From the NCBI RefSeq assembly GCF_963921235.1, contig NC_086110.1, positions 13,082,001 to 13,146,000 on the forward strand: a stretch of 64,000 nucleotides of DNA. The letters are read 5' to 3'. Within the stretch, counting starts at the first letter, position 1, and each line of letters opens with the position of its first letter. The notes under the pieces were generated by a model. The model was not told the DNA's origin, did not search any database, and was given only the letters and a program-made list of their open reading frames with translations. A program made the position numbers and the translations under genes. Below are positions 40,996 to 54,739 of the stretch, one piece after another. The DNA is from Mobula hypostoma. Its lineage: Eukaryota.

Positions 40996-43900
40996 AGTTT
41001 AATAGAGCTGTTAGGGAGGGTTTAAACTAATTTGGCAGGGGGATGGGAACCGGAATGACAGAGCGGAGGAAAGGGAAAACAGAAATAAATTTAAGATAGT
41101 GAGCAGTAAAGATGTCAGGAAAGACAGGCAGGTGATGGGGCAAATATGTAGCCATTGGGATGAGTTGCAGGGTAATAAAGTTGCAGTAAAATCAAAGCGA
41201 AAAGTATCAAATACTGGTGTTAAGGTGTTGTACTTAAAGGCACGCAGCATAAGGAATAAGGTGGATGATTCTGTCGTACAGCTACAGATTGGCAAGTATG
41301 ATATTGTGGCCATCACTGAGACCTGGCTGTCGGAAGGATAGGAAGGTAGGCAGAGTGGAGACGTGGCTTTATTGGTAGGAAATGATATTAAATCATTAGA
41401 AAGAGGTGATATAGGATCGGAAGGTGCAGAATCTTTATGGGTTGAACTAAGAAATAGCAAGGGTGAACGGACCCTGATGGCAGTTATTTATAGGCCCCCA
41501 AACAGCTGCAGGGATATGGACTACAAATTACAACAGGAAATAGAAAAGGCTTGTCAGAAGGGCAGTGTTATGATAATTGTGGGGGATTTTAACATGCGAG
41601 TGGACTGGGAAAATTTGGTCGGCACTGGATCTCAAGAGAGAGAGAATTTGTAGAATGTCTGCGAGATAGCTTTTTAGAACAGCTTGTTGTTGAGCCTACT
41701 AGGGGATCGGCTGTACTGGATTGGGTATTGTGTAATGAACGGGAGGTGATTAGAGAGATTCAGGTGAAGGAATCCTCAGGAGGCAGTAATCATAACATGA
41801 TTGAGTTCACTGTGAAATTTGAAAAAGAGAAGCCGAAATCGGATGTGTCGGTATTTCAGTGGAATAAAGGAAATTACAGTGGCGTGTGAGAGGAGCTGGC
41901 CAAAGTTGAGTGTAAACGGATACTGGCGGGAAAGACAGCAGAGCAGCAGTGGCTGGAGTTTATGCGAGAAATGAGGAAGGTGCAAGACAGGTATTTTCCA
42001 AAAAAGACGAAACTTTCGAGTGGAAAAAGGATGCAACCGTGGTTGACAAGAGAAATCAAAGCCAAAGTTAAAGCAAAGGAGACGGCATGCAAGGAAGCAA
42101 AAATTAGTGGGAAGACAGAGGATTGGGAAGTTTTTAAAACCTTACAAAAGGAAAACAAGAAGGTGATTAAAAGGGAAAAGATTAACTATGAAAGGAAGCT
42201 AGCAAAATAATATCAAAGAGGATACTAAAAGCTTTTTCGAGTATATAAAAAGTAAAAGACAGGTGAGAGTAGATATAGGACCGATAGAAAATGATGCTGG
42301 AGAAATTGTAATGGGATAAGGAGATGGCAGAGGAACTGAACGAGTATTTTGCATCAGTCTTCACTGAGGAAGACATCAGCAGTATACCCGACACTCAAGG
42401 GTGGCAGGGAAGAAAAGTGTGCGCAGTCACAATTACGACAGAGAAAGTACTCAGGAAGCTGAATAGTCTAAAGGTAGACAAATCTACTGGACCAGGTGGA
42501 ATGCACCCGCGTGTTCTGTAGGAAGTAGCTGTGGAGATTGTGGAGGCATTAGCGATGATCTTTCAAAAGTCAATAGATTCTGGCATGATTCCGGAGGACT
42601 GTAAGATTGCAAACGTCACTCTGCTATTTAAGAAGGGGGCAAGGCAGCAAAAATGAAATGATAGACCTGTTAGCTTGACATCGGTGGTTGGGAAGTTGTT
42701 GGAGTCAATTGTCAAGGATGAGGTTACAGAGTAGCTGGAGGCATATGACAAGATAGGCAGAACTCAGCATGGATTCCTTAAAGGAAAATCCTGCCTCACA
42801 AACCTATTACCATTGTTTGAGGAAATTACCAGTAGGCTCGACAAGGGCGATGTAGTGAATGTTGTATATTTGGATTTTCAGAAGGCCTTTGACAAGGTGC
42901 TACACATGAGGCTACTTAACAAGATAAGAGCCCATGGAATTACGGGAAAGTTACATACGTGGATAGAGCTTTGGCTGATTGGCAGGAAACAGAGAGTGGG
43001 AATAAAGGGATCCTATTTTGGTTGGCTGCCGGTTACAAGTGGTGTTCCACAGGGGTCCATGTTGGGGCCGCTTTTTTTTACATTGTATATCAACGATTTG
43101 GATAATGGAATAGATGGATTTGTGGCTAAGTTTGCTGACGATACGAAGATAGGTGGAGGGGCCGGTAGTGCTGAGGAAACGGAGAGTCTGCAGAGAGACT
43201 TGGATAGATTGGAAGAACAGGCAGAGAAGTGGCAAATGAAGTGTAATGTTGGGAAGTGTATGGTTGTGCACATTGGCAGAAAATATAAACGGGCAGACTA
43301 TTATTTAAATGGGGAAAGAACTCAGTGTTCTGAGATGCAACGGGACTTGGAAGTCCTCGTACAGGATACCATTAAAGTTAACCTCCAGTTCGAGCCAGTA
43401 GTGAAGAAGGCGATTGCAATATTGGCATTCATTTCTTGAGGAATAGAGGATAGGGGCAGGGATGTGATGCTGCGGCTCTATAAGACGCTGGTGAGACCTC
43501 ACTTGGAGTACTGTGGGCAGTTTTGGGTTCCTTATTTAAGAAAGGATGTGCTGACGTTGGAGAGGGTACAGAGAAGATTCACTGGAATGATTCCGGAAAT
43601 GAGAGGATTAACATATGAGGAACGTTTGTCCGCTTTTGGACTGTATTCCTTGGAGTTTAGAAGAATGAGGGGAGACCTCATAGAAGCATTTCGAATGTTG
43701 GAAGGAATGGACAGAGTGGAAGTGGCAAAGTTCTTTCCCATGATGGGGTATTCTAGTACGAAAGGGCATGACTTAAGGATTGAAGGGCGCCCATTCAGAA
43801 CAGAAATGTGAAGAAATTTTTTTAGTCAGAGGGTGGTGAATCTATGGAATTTGTTGCCACGGGCAGCGGTGGAGGCCAAGTCATTGGGTGTATTTAAGGC

Positions 43901-44051
43901 AGAGATTGATAGGTATCTGAGTAGCCAGGGCATCAAAGGTTATGGTGAGAAGGCGGGGGAGTAAGACTAAAGGGGAGAAATGATCAGCTCATGATAAAAT
44001 GGCGGAGCAGACTCGATGGGCCGAATGGCAGTCTTCTGTCCTTTGTCTTAT
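40996..44051 (+). mobile_element. CR1 LINE (end of ORF1 plus ORF2), different subfamily, inserted in the Penelope tail
   Basis: YDIVAITETW, IYRPPNS, GDFN, QHGF, DFQKAFDKV, PQGSMLGP, FADDTK, RPHLEYCGQFW; multiple stops. Confidence 0.92.
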
Positions 44052-44427
44052 AGATCTCCCCGTCCCCTCCCACTTCCAAATCTCTGACTACCTCTTCTTT
44101 CAGTTAGTCTTGACGAAGGGTCTGGGCCCGAAACCTCGACTGTACTTCTTCCGATAGATGCTGCCAGGCCTGCTGCGTTCATCAGCAATTTTTATCTGTG
44201 TTGCTTGAAATTCCAGCATATGCACGTTTCCTCGTGTTTTGGTATTCTATTTCCGCCATCGTTCGAATACTTAGATATATACTCATTGGCTATTTTATAA
44301 GGTGCACCTACATACCTGCTCGTCAATGCAATTATCTTGTCAGACATATACAGTATGTGGCAGCAAAGCAATGCATGATAGCATATAGTCATGGCTAAAA
44401 AGTACAGTTGTTGTTCGGACCAAACAT

Positions 44428-47400
44428 CATAGAAACATAGAAACATAGAAAATATGTGCAGGAGTAGACCATTCGGCCCCTCGAGCCTGCACCGCTATTC
44501 ATACGATCATGGCTGATCATCCAACTCAGAACCCTGTGCCAGCCTTCCCCCCATTGCCCCTGATCCCTTTAGCCACAAGGGCCATATCGAACTCCCTCTT
44601 AAATATAGCCAATGAACTAGCCTGAACTGTTTCCTGTGGCAAAGAATTCCACAGATTCACCACTCTCTGTGTGAAGAAGTGTTTCCTAATCTCGGTCCTA
44701 AAAGGCTTCCCCTTTATCCTCAAACTGTGACCCCTCGTTCTGGACCTCCCCAACATCGGGAACAATCTTCCTGCATCTAGACTATCCAATCCCTTTAGGA
44801 TTTTATATGTTTCAATAAGATCCCCCCTCAATCTTCTAAATCCCAACAAGTATAAGCCTAGTCGATCCAGTCTTTCCAGGTAAGTCATTAATATATATTG
44901 TAAACAACTGGGGTCCCAGCACTGAGCCTTGCGGTACCCCACTAGTGACTGCCTGCCATTCTGAAAAGGTCCTGTTTATTCCCACACTTTGCTTCCTCTC
45001 TGCCAACCAATTCTCTATCCACATCAATACCATACCCCCAAAACCCTGTGCTTTAAGTTTGCACACTAATCTCCTGTATGGGACCTTGTCAAAAGCCATT
45101 GGAAAATCCAAATATACCACATCCACTGGTTCTCCCCTATCCACTCTACTAGTTATATCCTCAAAATATTCTATGAGATTCGACAGACATGATTTTCCTT
45201 TCACAAATCCATGCTGACTTTGTCCGATGATTTCACCGCTTTCCAAATTTGCTGTTATCACATCTTTGATAACTGACTCTAGCATTTTCCCCACCACCGA
45301 CGTTAGGCTAACCGGCCTATAATTGCCTGGTTTATCTCTCCCTCCTTTTTTAAAAAGCGGAGTTACATTAGCCACCCTCCAATCCTCAGAAACTAATCCA
45401 GAATCTAAAGAGTTTTGAAAAATCATAACTAATGCATCCACTATTTCTTGGGCTACTTCCTTGGGCCACTCTGGGATGCAGACCATCTGGCCCTAGAGAT
45501 TTATCTGCCTTTAATCCCTTCAATTTACCAAACACCACTTCGCTACTAACATGTATTTCCCTCAGTTCCTCCATCTCACAAGACCCTCTGTCCCCTACTA
45601 TTTCCGGAAGATTATTTATGTTCTCCTTAGTGAAGACATAACCAAAGCAGTTATTCAATTGGTCTGCCATGTCCCTGCTCCCCATAATCAATTCACCTGT
45701 GTCTGTCTGTAGGGGACCTACATTTGTCTTAACCAATCTTTTTCTTTTCACATATCTATAAAAGCTTTTACAGTCAGTTTTTATGCTCCCTGCCAGTTTT
45801 CTCTCGTAATCTTTTTTTCCCCTTCGTAATTAAGCCCTTTGTCCTCCTCTACTGGACTCTGAATTTCTCCCAGTCCTCAGGTGAGTCACTTTCTCTGGTT
45901 AATTTGTATGCTTCTTCTTTGGAATTGATACTATCCCTAATTTCCCTTGTCAGCCACGGGTGTACTACCTTCCTTGATTTATTCTTTTGCCAAACTGGGA
46001 TGAACAATTGTTGTAGTTCATCCATGCGATCTTTAAATTCTTGCCATTGCAAATCCACCGTCAACGCTTTAAGTGTCATTTGCCAGTCTATCTTAGCTAA
46101 TTCACGTCTCATATCTTCAAATTTACCCTTCTTTAAGTTCAGAACCTTTGTTTCTGAATTAACTATGTCACTCTGCATCTTAATGAATAGTTCCTCCATA
46201 TTATGGTCACTGTTAACCAAGGGGCCTCTCACGACAAGATTGCTAATTAACCCTTCCTCATTGCTCAATACCCAGTCTAGAACAGCCTGCTCTCTAGTTG
46301 GTTCCTCGACATGTTGGTTCAAAAATTGTCCCGCATACATTCCAAGAAATCTTCTTCCTCAGCACCCTTACCAATTTGGTTCACCCAATCTATATGTAGA
46401 TTGAAGTCACCCATTATAACTGCTGTTCCTTTATTGCACACATTTCTAATTTCCTGTTTAATACCATCCCCAACCTCACTACTACTGTTAGGTCGCCTGT
46501 GACCTTAAAGCACACGGTATTGGGGGTAAGGTATTGGTGTGGGTGGAGAATTGGTTAACAGACAGGAAGCAAAGAGTGGGAATAAACGGGACCTTTTCAG
46601 AATGGCAGGCGGTGACTAGTGGGGTACCGCAAGGCTCAGTGCTGGGACCCCAGTTGTTTACAATATATATTAATGACTTGGATGAGGGAATTAAATGCAG
46701 CATCTCCAAGTTTGCGGATGACACGAAGCTGGGTGGCAGTGTTAGCAGTGAGGAGGATGCTAAGAGGGTGCAGAGTGACTTGGATAGGTTGGGTGAGTGG
46801 GCAAATTCATGGCAGATGCAATTTAATGTGGATAAATGTGAAGTTATCCACTTTGGTGGCAAAAATAGGAAAACAGATTATTATCTGAATGGTGGCCGAT
46901 TAGGAAAAGGGGAGGTGCAACGAGACCTGGGTATCATTATACACCAGTCATTGAAAGTGGGCATGCAGGTACAGCAGGTGGTGAAAAAGGCGAATGATAT
47001 GCTGGCATTTATAGCGAGAGGATTCGAGTACAGGAGCAGGGACGTACTACTGCAGTTGTACAAGGCCTTGGTGAGACCACACCTGGAGTATTGTGTGCAT
47101 TTGTGATCCCCTAATCTGAGGAAAGACAACTTTGCCATAGAGGGAGTACAAAGAAGGTTCACCAGATTGATTCCTGGGATGGCGGGACTTTCATATGAAG
47201 AAAGACTGGATGAACTGGGCTTGTACTCGTTGGAATTTAGAAGATTGAGGGGGGATCTGATTGAAACGTATAAGATCCTAAAGGGATTGGACAGGCTAGA
47301 TTCAGGAAGATTGTTCCCGATGTCGGGGAAGTCCAGAACGAGGGGTCACAGTTTCAGGATAGAGGGGAAGCCTTTTAGGACGGAGATTAGGAAAAATTTC

Positions 47401-48260
47401 TTCACACAGAGAGTGGTGAAACTGTGGAATTCTCTGCCACAGGAAAATGTTGAGGCCAGTTCATTGGCTATATTTAAGGGGGAGTTAGATATGGCCCTTG
47501 TGGCTACGGGGATCAGGGGGTATGGAGGAAAGGCTGGGGCGGGGTTCTGAGTTGGATGATCAGCCATGATCATAATAAATGGCGGTGCAGGCTCGAAAGG
47601 CCGAATGGCCTACTCTTGCACCTATTTTCTATGTTTCTATGTTTCTATGTACACAACTCCCACCAGCGTTTTCTGCGCCTTAGTGTTGTGCATATCGATT
47701 CCACATCCTCCTGACTAATGTCCTTCCTTTCTATTGCGTTAATCTCCTCCCTAACCAGCAATGCTACCCCACTTCCTTTTCTTTCATGTCTATCCCTCCT
47801 GAATATTGAATATCCCTGAATGCTGAGCTCCCATCCCTCGTCACCTTGGAGCCATATCTCTGTGATCCCAATTATATCATATTCATTAATGAAACTCTGC
47901 ACTTCTAATTCATCCACCTTGTTACGAATGCTGCATGCATTGACACACAAAGCCTTCAGGCTCGCTTTTACAACACTCTTAGCCCTTTTACAATTATGGT
48001 GGAAAGTGGCCCTTTTTGATATTTGCCCTGGATTTGCCGGCCTGCCACTTTTACATTTCAACTTACTACTTTTTGCTTCTACCCCCATTTTACACTCCTC
48101 TGTCTCTTTGTACTTGTTCCCATCCCACTGTTGTGAACTAACTTCCTCTTTCCTCGTCTCTTTAATTTGATTCCCACCCCCCAACCGTTCTAGTTTAAAG
48201 TCACCTCAGTAGCCCTCGTAAATCTCCCGGCCAGGATATTGGTCCACCTCGGATTCAAGT
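44428..48260 (-). mobile_element. CR1 LINE (same subfamily as 35291-38826) with internal deletions, interrupted at 46500/47651
   Basis: (catagaaa)n tail at 44428. RT and EN match the 35-38 kb copy. Sequence ...ttaggtcgcctgt at 46500 continues as acacaactccc at 47651. Confidence 0.88.
46501..47650 (+). mobile_element. 5'-truncated CR1 copy nested in inverted orientation within a same-family CR1
   Basis: ORF 46534-47106 RT C-terminal half; (tttctatg)n tail ends at 47650. Confidence 0.9.
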
Positions 48261-48261
48261 G

Positions 48262-48650
48262 GGGAAAAATTGCAAGCTAAGAGACTTTGACCGTGGAATG
48301 ATTCTTGGTGCCAGACGGGGTGATTTGGTATCTCAGAAACTGTTGATCGGCTGAGATCTTCATGTACAACAGTCTCTAAAGTTTAAAGAGAATGGTGCGA
48401 AAAAACACGAGGAAACATCAAGTGAGTGACAGTTCTTTCAGCGAAAACTCATTGTTAATGAGAGAGACCAGAGGAGACTGGCTGGTTCACGCTGACAGGA
48501 AGGCGACAGTAAACACCTGTTAAAGCAGTGATGCGCAGACGAGTATCTCTGAAAGCACAAAACATCGAACCTTGAAGTAGGTGGGCTGCAACAGCAAAAG
48601 ATCACGAAAATACAGAAATACACTCGGTGGCCACTTTTTTGGATACGTCA
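48262..48650 (+). mobile_element. Tc1-like non-autonomous relic (HTH region)
   Basis: Translates to GKN..LRDFDRGMILGARRG..ISET-like paired-HTH sequence; ends near cactcggtggccacttt. Confidence 0.55.
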
Positions 48651-49256
48651 TGTAGCTAATAAATTTGTCACTGCGATTATCATGTTTATGGATGCGAGTT
48701 CATTTTCTCTACTGATAGCAGTTCATCTAAATGAACTGTCTGCATCTGTGTCCTGTACTTGGGTTCGTCCGCAGCCACGTTCTTGCAACAAAAAGCTGCC
48801 ACCTCATGCCTGGAAGACTGAAAGGTGGACCATTTTCCCTGTGTCTCAGTGTCTTCCTGCTTTGCAGTAATTTCGGTCATTATTGGAATGACCTGAAGGC
48901 GAGGTACTCTTGCAACTTTCGAAGCATTATCCGGCTGTAACATTTTTTGTGACGCTATTACGGAATTGAGTAGGTTTTCCCGGATTTTCTTCCTTTAAAA
49001 TTTAAAACTTAGTTTCAAAGAAATCGTCTAACACAGACCCCGAACGTGAACCAAAGATATTGTTGGCTGTGCAAAAGGGCACAATGGGTTATCGGGTGAA
49101 ACCTGTTCATATTTCCAGATATGTAGGAAATCTTTATAATGAGTGAAATTTCGTAAAGTATCATTGGATATACATCGTCGTACCAGGTTAAAATGATTGT
49201 TTTCTCAATGTCAAGTATTTTTTTTATATATCTCATATTTCTAACAATATAGGAGT

Positions 49257-49910
49257 AGGAGAAGATGGCGGCGCGACGCAGCGTGCGCGGCCTTTCTGGT
49301 GAATGATATCTGTTATCTGTCAAGTAGGGTACCGTGCACAATTCTGATTTGATGGGGACAGACGTGAGAGTAGAGAGGAACATCTGGAGAAACTTCTGAA
49401 ATGCCCGCTTCTCCGCCGCTGCTGCTGCCTGGTAACCAGAATCTCTGTAACAGAAGGCAACGAATCCTCTGCTTTGCTTGTTTCATCGGCCGGGTCGATG
49501 TTGAAGGCGCTTGGCAGAGAATCGCGCTCGGGAAGCTGTATCGGAGGGGCTGATCGGAGACTAGAAGTTTTCGGATGGACGGGCTCAGTGTGGGCTGCAG
49601 TCGGGTGCTTCCAATGCACCGGCAAGACGTCGGTGCCTGGTGGTTTATGGCAGGGAGTTTCTCCCTTTTGCCGCCTGCTATCGGGGACTCGGAGTCGATT
49701 GGGACTTGAAACTTCTTTTTTCCCGTGCCCATGGTCTGCTCTTTATCAAATTATTGTATTGCTTTGCACTGCTATAACTATATGTTACAATTATGTGGTT
49801 CTCTCAGTGTTAGTCTTTCGTTTGTCCTGTTTTTCTGTGACGTCACTCTGGAGGAATATTGTATCAGTTCTTAATGCATTTCTAAATGTCAATAAAAGAG
49901 CACTGCGAAA
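49257..49910 (+). repeat. Unclassified ~600-bp dispersed repeat, copy 2
   Basis: Starts gaagatggcggcgcg, AATAAA at 49891-96; homologous to 13621-14200. Confidence 0.7.
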
Positions 49911-51250
49911 ATTCCCACATTAAGATCCGTGCTCCACAGTTTTGCACACTCTTCAAGCTGAGGAGTGATTTGTATTCCCGCCAAATATTGAAAGCAGATT
50001 CCGGAGGAAAGCTAAAATGTTCATTCTAAATAATTTGCGAATGAGTATGTAATGCAGTCAGAATGGCTGCTTTCTGTTCAGCAGAGTTCTAAGATTCTAT
50101 AGAATTAACGTTATTTGTTTCGCTTACTGCAGTACGTGCTCTAATTCAACAATTTTAGAAACTAAAGAAAGCGTTTCATCTCACCAAATTGTTTTGATTC
50201 TCACCTCCGATCAAGGAATTATGCTTACACTTAAAGGAAAGGGGGGCATATCCATGAGCCTACCGATGAATATTGTATCAAATGCAAATCGACTTTGTTA
50301 CCCAAAGTAAGATCGCCTGAAGATACTTTCTGAACGTGTGTAGCAGTACCTGTTATTCCAATATTGTGTTTTGTGTACTACATTCACCTTCATCTCTTTT
50401 GAATCTCATCCAAAGTATGCTTTTTTTCCAGTCTAAGTTACATTGTGCTTTCAGCTACCTCAGAGGTACTGGTTACAAAATCTACCTCAAACTATTTACT
50501 TACTTTTCGCTCTGCACTCGATTCGGAAGATAACCATTCGACTCAGTACCATGGTTCGACCTCCAGCATAGTATCAGTGAAGGAATTTCTTCATACCTGA
50601 GTAGGTATCGTGTGTATCGCGATATGCGGTGCCTTGATGACGGTTAGAATCAAATCGGAATTGATTTACTTTGCTTCTGTTCGTCATAATGAAGCAATAA
50701 CACCTACCGAGCATTTAGTCGGAGAAAAGTATTTCCTTCTTATTGATGTGACTCCATAATAGCGATCATTGAATCCGTTCTTTTGTTAATTGCAATTCAG
50801 ATTCGCAATGTTATGAAAACCATGAATTTATTCATACAGTATGTACTCATGATGTCGATCACAACACGTTTCTACGTCTGCTGTCGTAATATTGTGTTAG
50901 TTGCCAGATAATCCGATGAATGGTGAAGTTTTGAAATGGAAATATCGTATCATTTAAATCAAAGTTATTTGGCGATTTATCTTGTAAGATCCAACACAAA
51001 GGTACGTGTGGCTTCGAATCAACAAATGCATTACAAATAGAATCAACTTATACTTGAACGTTTCTGTAGAATTGTATTACTCGGCTTGTATGCTTCACAG
51101 TATTGTTTGAAGTAAAGCCCAATATAATTCAGTTCTACGACTCATTCATATAATTTAATTGTTAAAGGAACATCAGGTTTATAGTTGAAGAGAACCTTAA
51201 CAGTACAAAGTTTTCTTGAAGCTAAATTTTCTCTTTTGCCTCCACCTACA

Positions 51251-51289
51251 GTGTCTGTGTGTCTGTGTGTCTGTGTGTCTGTGTGTCTG
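51251..51289. repeat. (GTGTCTGT)n microsatellite
   Basis: Direct reading, about 5 units. Confidence 0.9.
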
Positions 51290-51959
51290 ATCAGAAAACT
51301 ATCCAGTTATCTCTTTTGATGTTTGCGAAAAGTCAAAGAATTTGGGAATGGTCAAAATTTGAAGGAAGATAGAAAATAAGTAACCAACCTCTTGAGTTTC
51401 TGCATTGGAACAGCGATTGATTTTGTTTGCCAACCAAAGTATTTTGATTATCAACCCTGATTTGAATGCTTGCATACAGGTCGATATGGCAATAAAATAT
51501 GAAGAATTAGCCGACCTTGTGAAATTTTTGTTAAAAATCTGTAGTTGTGAAATAACAAGCACAACATTTAAATTCCCGCGAACATCAAGACAATTTGACA
51601 ACTACAACTAATGGGTGTTGGCTGAACACAAAACATTAAGTCAATGGGAGGACAGTATTTTGCAAGAACAGCTCATTTGGTAATAAAATGGAGACAATAG
51701 ACTTCCGAAGCTGGAACATGGAGCAACACAATAAGTGTTGGCGGAACTCAGCGCGCCAGGCAGAATCATGGGAGGGAAACAGGCAGTCGACGGCTGGGGC
51801 CGAGGCTCTTCATCTGCACTTCATCGTCTAGCCAGGAAATTAGGTAGTGAAGAACATCAAAATTAAACTTCCTAATCTTCATCCCTGGCCTTCTCCTATC
51901 CCTGATATAACTGTGGAAAGTTTGAAATAATTTTTAAAAAGATTTAAATTTTTTTTTAT

Positions 51960-52250
51960 TTGGAGAAAAAAAACGGAAGACATGGGTTAAGGGTGGGGGG
52001 GAAGTTTAAAGGGAACATTAGGGGGGGCTTCTTCACACAGAGAGTGGTGGGAGTATGGAATGAGCTGCCAGACGAGGTGGTAAATGCGTGTTCTTTTTTA
52101 ACATTTAAGAATAAATTGGACAGACACATGGATGGGAGGTGTATGGAGGGATATGGTCCGTGTGCAGGTCACTGGGACTAGGCAGAAAATGGTTCGGCAC
52201 AGCCAAGAAGGGCCGAAAGGCCTGTTTCTGTGCTGTAGTTTCTATGGTTT
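51960..52250 (+). mobile_element. CR1 3' tail fragment
   Basis: GGFFTQRVVGVWNELPDEVVNA; nearly identical to the ends of the 14255-15605 and 56045-57040 copies. Confidence 0.85.
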
Positions 52251-52310
52251 CATTCTTATTTGCACACTTGAAACGTTATAAATGTTTTAGATACTTAAGA
52301 AGAAATGCTT

Positions 52311-53509
52311 TGTCAGTCTGGTTAAGACCAGAAATTGTCTCTGGAAGCGGACTCAAATGCAAGACACAAACACTGCAGTACTAGGAACAGGACTAGGTTT
52401 ATCAAGAAAGCAAGGGAAGAAACAAAGCTGGACATTGACACAGGCCCTGAACGAGACTGGGATTCAGGGCCTGGGCTAGGACTCGAGCAGGGGAACCGGC
52501 CATGGAACTAGGAACAAGGAACCTGGACAGGGACACGGAACCTGGGTCTTGACTCGCTCTCGGACACCCGGACCAAGGCGAGGCCTAGACGTGGCTACAG
52601 GAGTGGACGTGGTAAAACCCTGCACAGGACGAGGCACATGGACAGGACGAGAACACAAAGCCTTGACTTGGACAGGACGAGGTTCTTGGACTAGGCTTGG
52701 ACTAGACGAGAGACTCCTGGACAGGACGTGCGATCTCCAGCACAGGACGTGGGATCTCCAGCACAGGACGAGGGATCTCCAGCACCGTGCTGGGCGAGGT
52801 ACTGGAACTAGATGAAGACACGAACCTCAGATTTGTACAGGGCTGGAACACGGCGCCTGGACTTGGTCTTGAAACACAGGAACACGGAGCCTTAGACGTG
52901 GACTGGACGCTCAGATCCTTGGACGTCGACTGGACGAGGTAGTCCAAGGCAGGACGAGGCTGTTGGACTCGTTTTGGCTCGGGTCTTTGATTCGGCTAGC
53001 TTTGGCTCTTGGGTACGGGGCCGGGACCACTCCTTGGGGACAGGACCTAGGACCGGGGACACTTCTTTGACACGGACACTAAACACAAGGACACAAAGAG
53101 ACAGTTCCAAACTCAACGATAGATAGTTCCTTATGTTGGCGTGGCGAGGCTCAGCTCTCGCTCCGGCGGTTGAACTAGACGGTGATACAGGCGAGGACGC
53201 AGGCGAGGTTGCAGGCAAGGTAGCAGGCGAAGGTAACAGACGAAGGTTACAGGCGAAAGTTAGTGCCGAAGTACCTGTTGAGCTAAACTGCTAAAGTAGC
53301 TGCCAGGGATTCAGATGAGGAAGGGAACGGATCAGTCCAGCAGGGGATCCTTGGTTTGAGAGGTAATTATGTGCCAGCCCACAATGGGAATCAGGTGCCT
53401 GAATTAAGGCACCCAAGAGAGCAAGGGAGAAAAACAGGAAAATCTGGAACAAGGATCGATGGACCGGACCATGAATCAGAATTTTCACTTCACGGACCAG
53501 ACCATGACA
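52311..53509 (-). mobile_element. Solo-LTR-like element related to 3086-4316
   Basis: Minus-strand start TGTCATGGTCTGGTCCGTGA, end ...ACTGACA; internal 3 x 21-bp atctccagcacaggacg.ggg at about 52733-52795. Confidence 0.62.
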
Positions 53510-54739
53510 CTCAAGTTATCTTCACCGTTTTATATGTGTAGGTCATTTATACACCTCAACCCCCTAGGTATCATCCTACAATGGAATGGTAAACTCTTAC
53601 AATGTACATGGCCTTGTCCTGTAGAACTTCCCAAATATTTCCATGATCTCGAATACGGAGAGTTGCTACAGATAATATTGTTCTGATATCTTCCCAAGAT
53701 GTCAATGGGTTCTGCTGGGTTTGACTCAGCACATAATTAACACAAATTGAACAACATGGAAGAAAAGTAAGTGTAGTAGGTTTTGGAAATACCCGATTAG
53801 TTTGGCACCGTCTGTGGAGACAAAAGTACGCCGTGGAACTTTCACCACGTAATAAAATCTGGCATTTTGCACAGTTGCTTCCTGAGTTGGTGTGGACTCT
53901 AAATTTCCAACATCTAAGGCATTTGCTTCCACTCACACTCAGCTCATGCACACCAAATACTACCCAGATTATTTGCTACTTTGTTTATTTGTATTTGTCA
54001 TTTATAAATATCATGAAACTTCGTGATCCTAGAACGTACTCCAAATGGTCGCCAATTAGCCCATTAGTACACTATAAGTATAGTTTTTCGGAATCGCATC
54101 TCTCAAGCCTTCACGCTTGAACCATTTCAACATTCAACTCAAAAATTATCTTCAATTCTCATTTTGTTCATCGACTCTGCTGTGGAACATTTCTGATACA
54201 GTTTGACAATGCAGTATTAAATAAATGCACCATGATAAAATGTCAGTGTCCATAATTTAAATATTGGCTTGTTTTAACTGAGACTAAGAAGATTTTTTCC
54301 GTATTTAAAGTGAAATATTTCAAAACTTTTATCCACGTTTCATATCTTTGTGTATTAGTATACACATGATAACACGGCACAACATACTTCATTCGCCATT
54401 TAGCATTCTGAGAATTTGAAGGACAGAAAATACAAGGCATATTTAAGCAATACTTCTCTAGCATTTTTTAGGATTTGTGCTTACATTCATACAAGGGAAT
54501 TTGTCCTTCTCAATATCTTATCATAACCTCAAATAATATCACCTAAATTCCGAGAGGCAACTGCTTTAGCTGGAAATTACCGACAATTTTTCCAACTGGA
54601 CGTTTTCACAATACATTTGTTTGGCCGATTAAAAGAGAGTTTTTCCCTTGGTATTGACTTTATTTTGTCTATTTCAGTTCGGAAGACGGGTCTCGGTCTG
54701 AAACGTCGCCTGCTTATTCCTTTTTATAGATGCTTCCTA

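Larger units (their letters stand above)
34748..44230 (+). mobile_element. Penelope-like element with 5' inverted pseudo-LTR, split by two CR1 insertions
   Basis: Inverted tail 34748-35290 resumes at 38827-38850. Body 38850-40995 has RT (MDVQSLYTSIPHQQGL, GVAMGTGMAPSYA) and GIY-YIG (GVIYCARCSQCGLLCIGETRRRL). Tail resumes at 44052-44230. Confidence 0.85.

Noticed and set aside
16602-50289. Octamer ATGCAAAT sites at 16602, 24735 and 50282
   Set aside because: A few copies are expected by chance in 64 kb of AT-rich DNA, and none lies at promoter distance from the leader exon.
50480-50720. Minus-strand donor-like sites with short upstream ORFs (MVLSRMVIFRIECRAK) as a possible second leader exon
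   Set aside because: The peptide is poorly hydrophobic and no downstream Ig exon was found to receive it.
51405-51611. 68-aa ORF (EQRLILFANQSILIINPDL...) with a protein-like look
   Set aside because: No supporting neighbouring exons or recognisable domain.
53571-53951. Cys-rich 126-aa ORF resembling a zinc finger
   Set aside because: No consistent ligand spacing, splice context or recognisable family; overlapping ORFs in other frames are equally uninformative.
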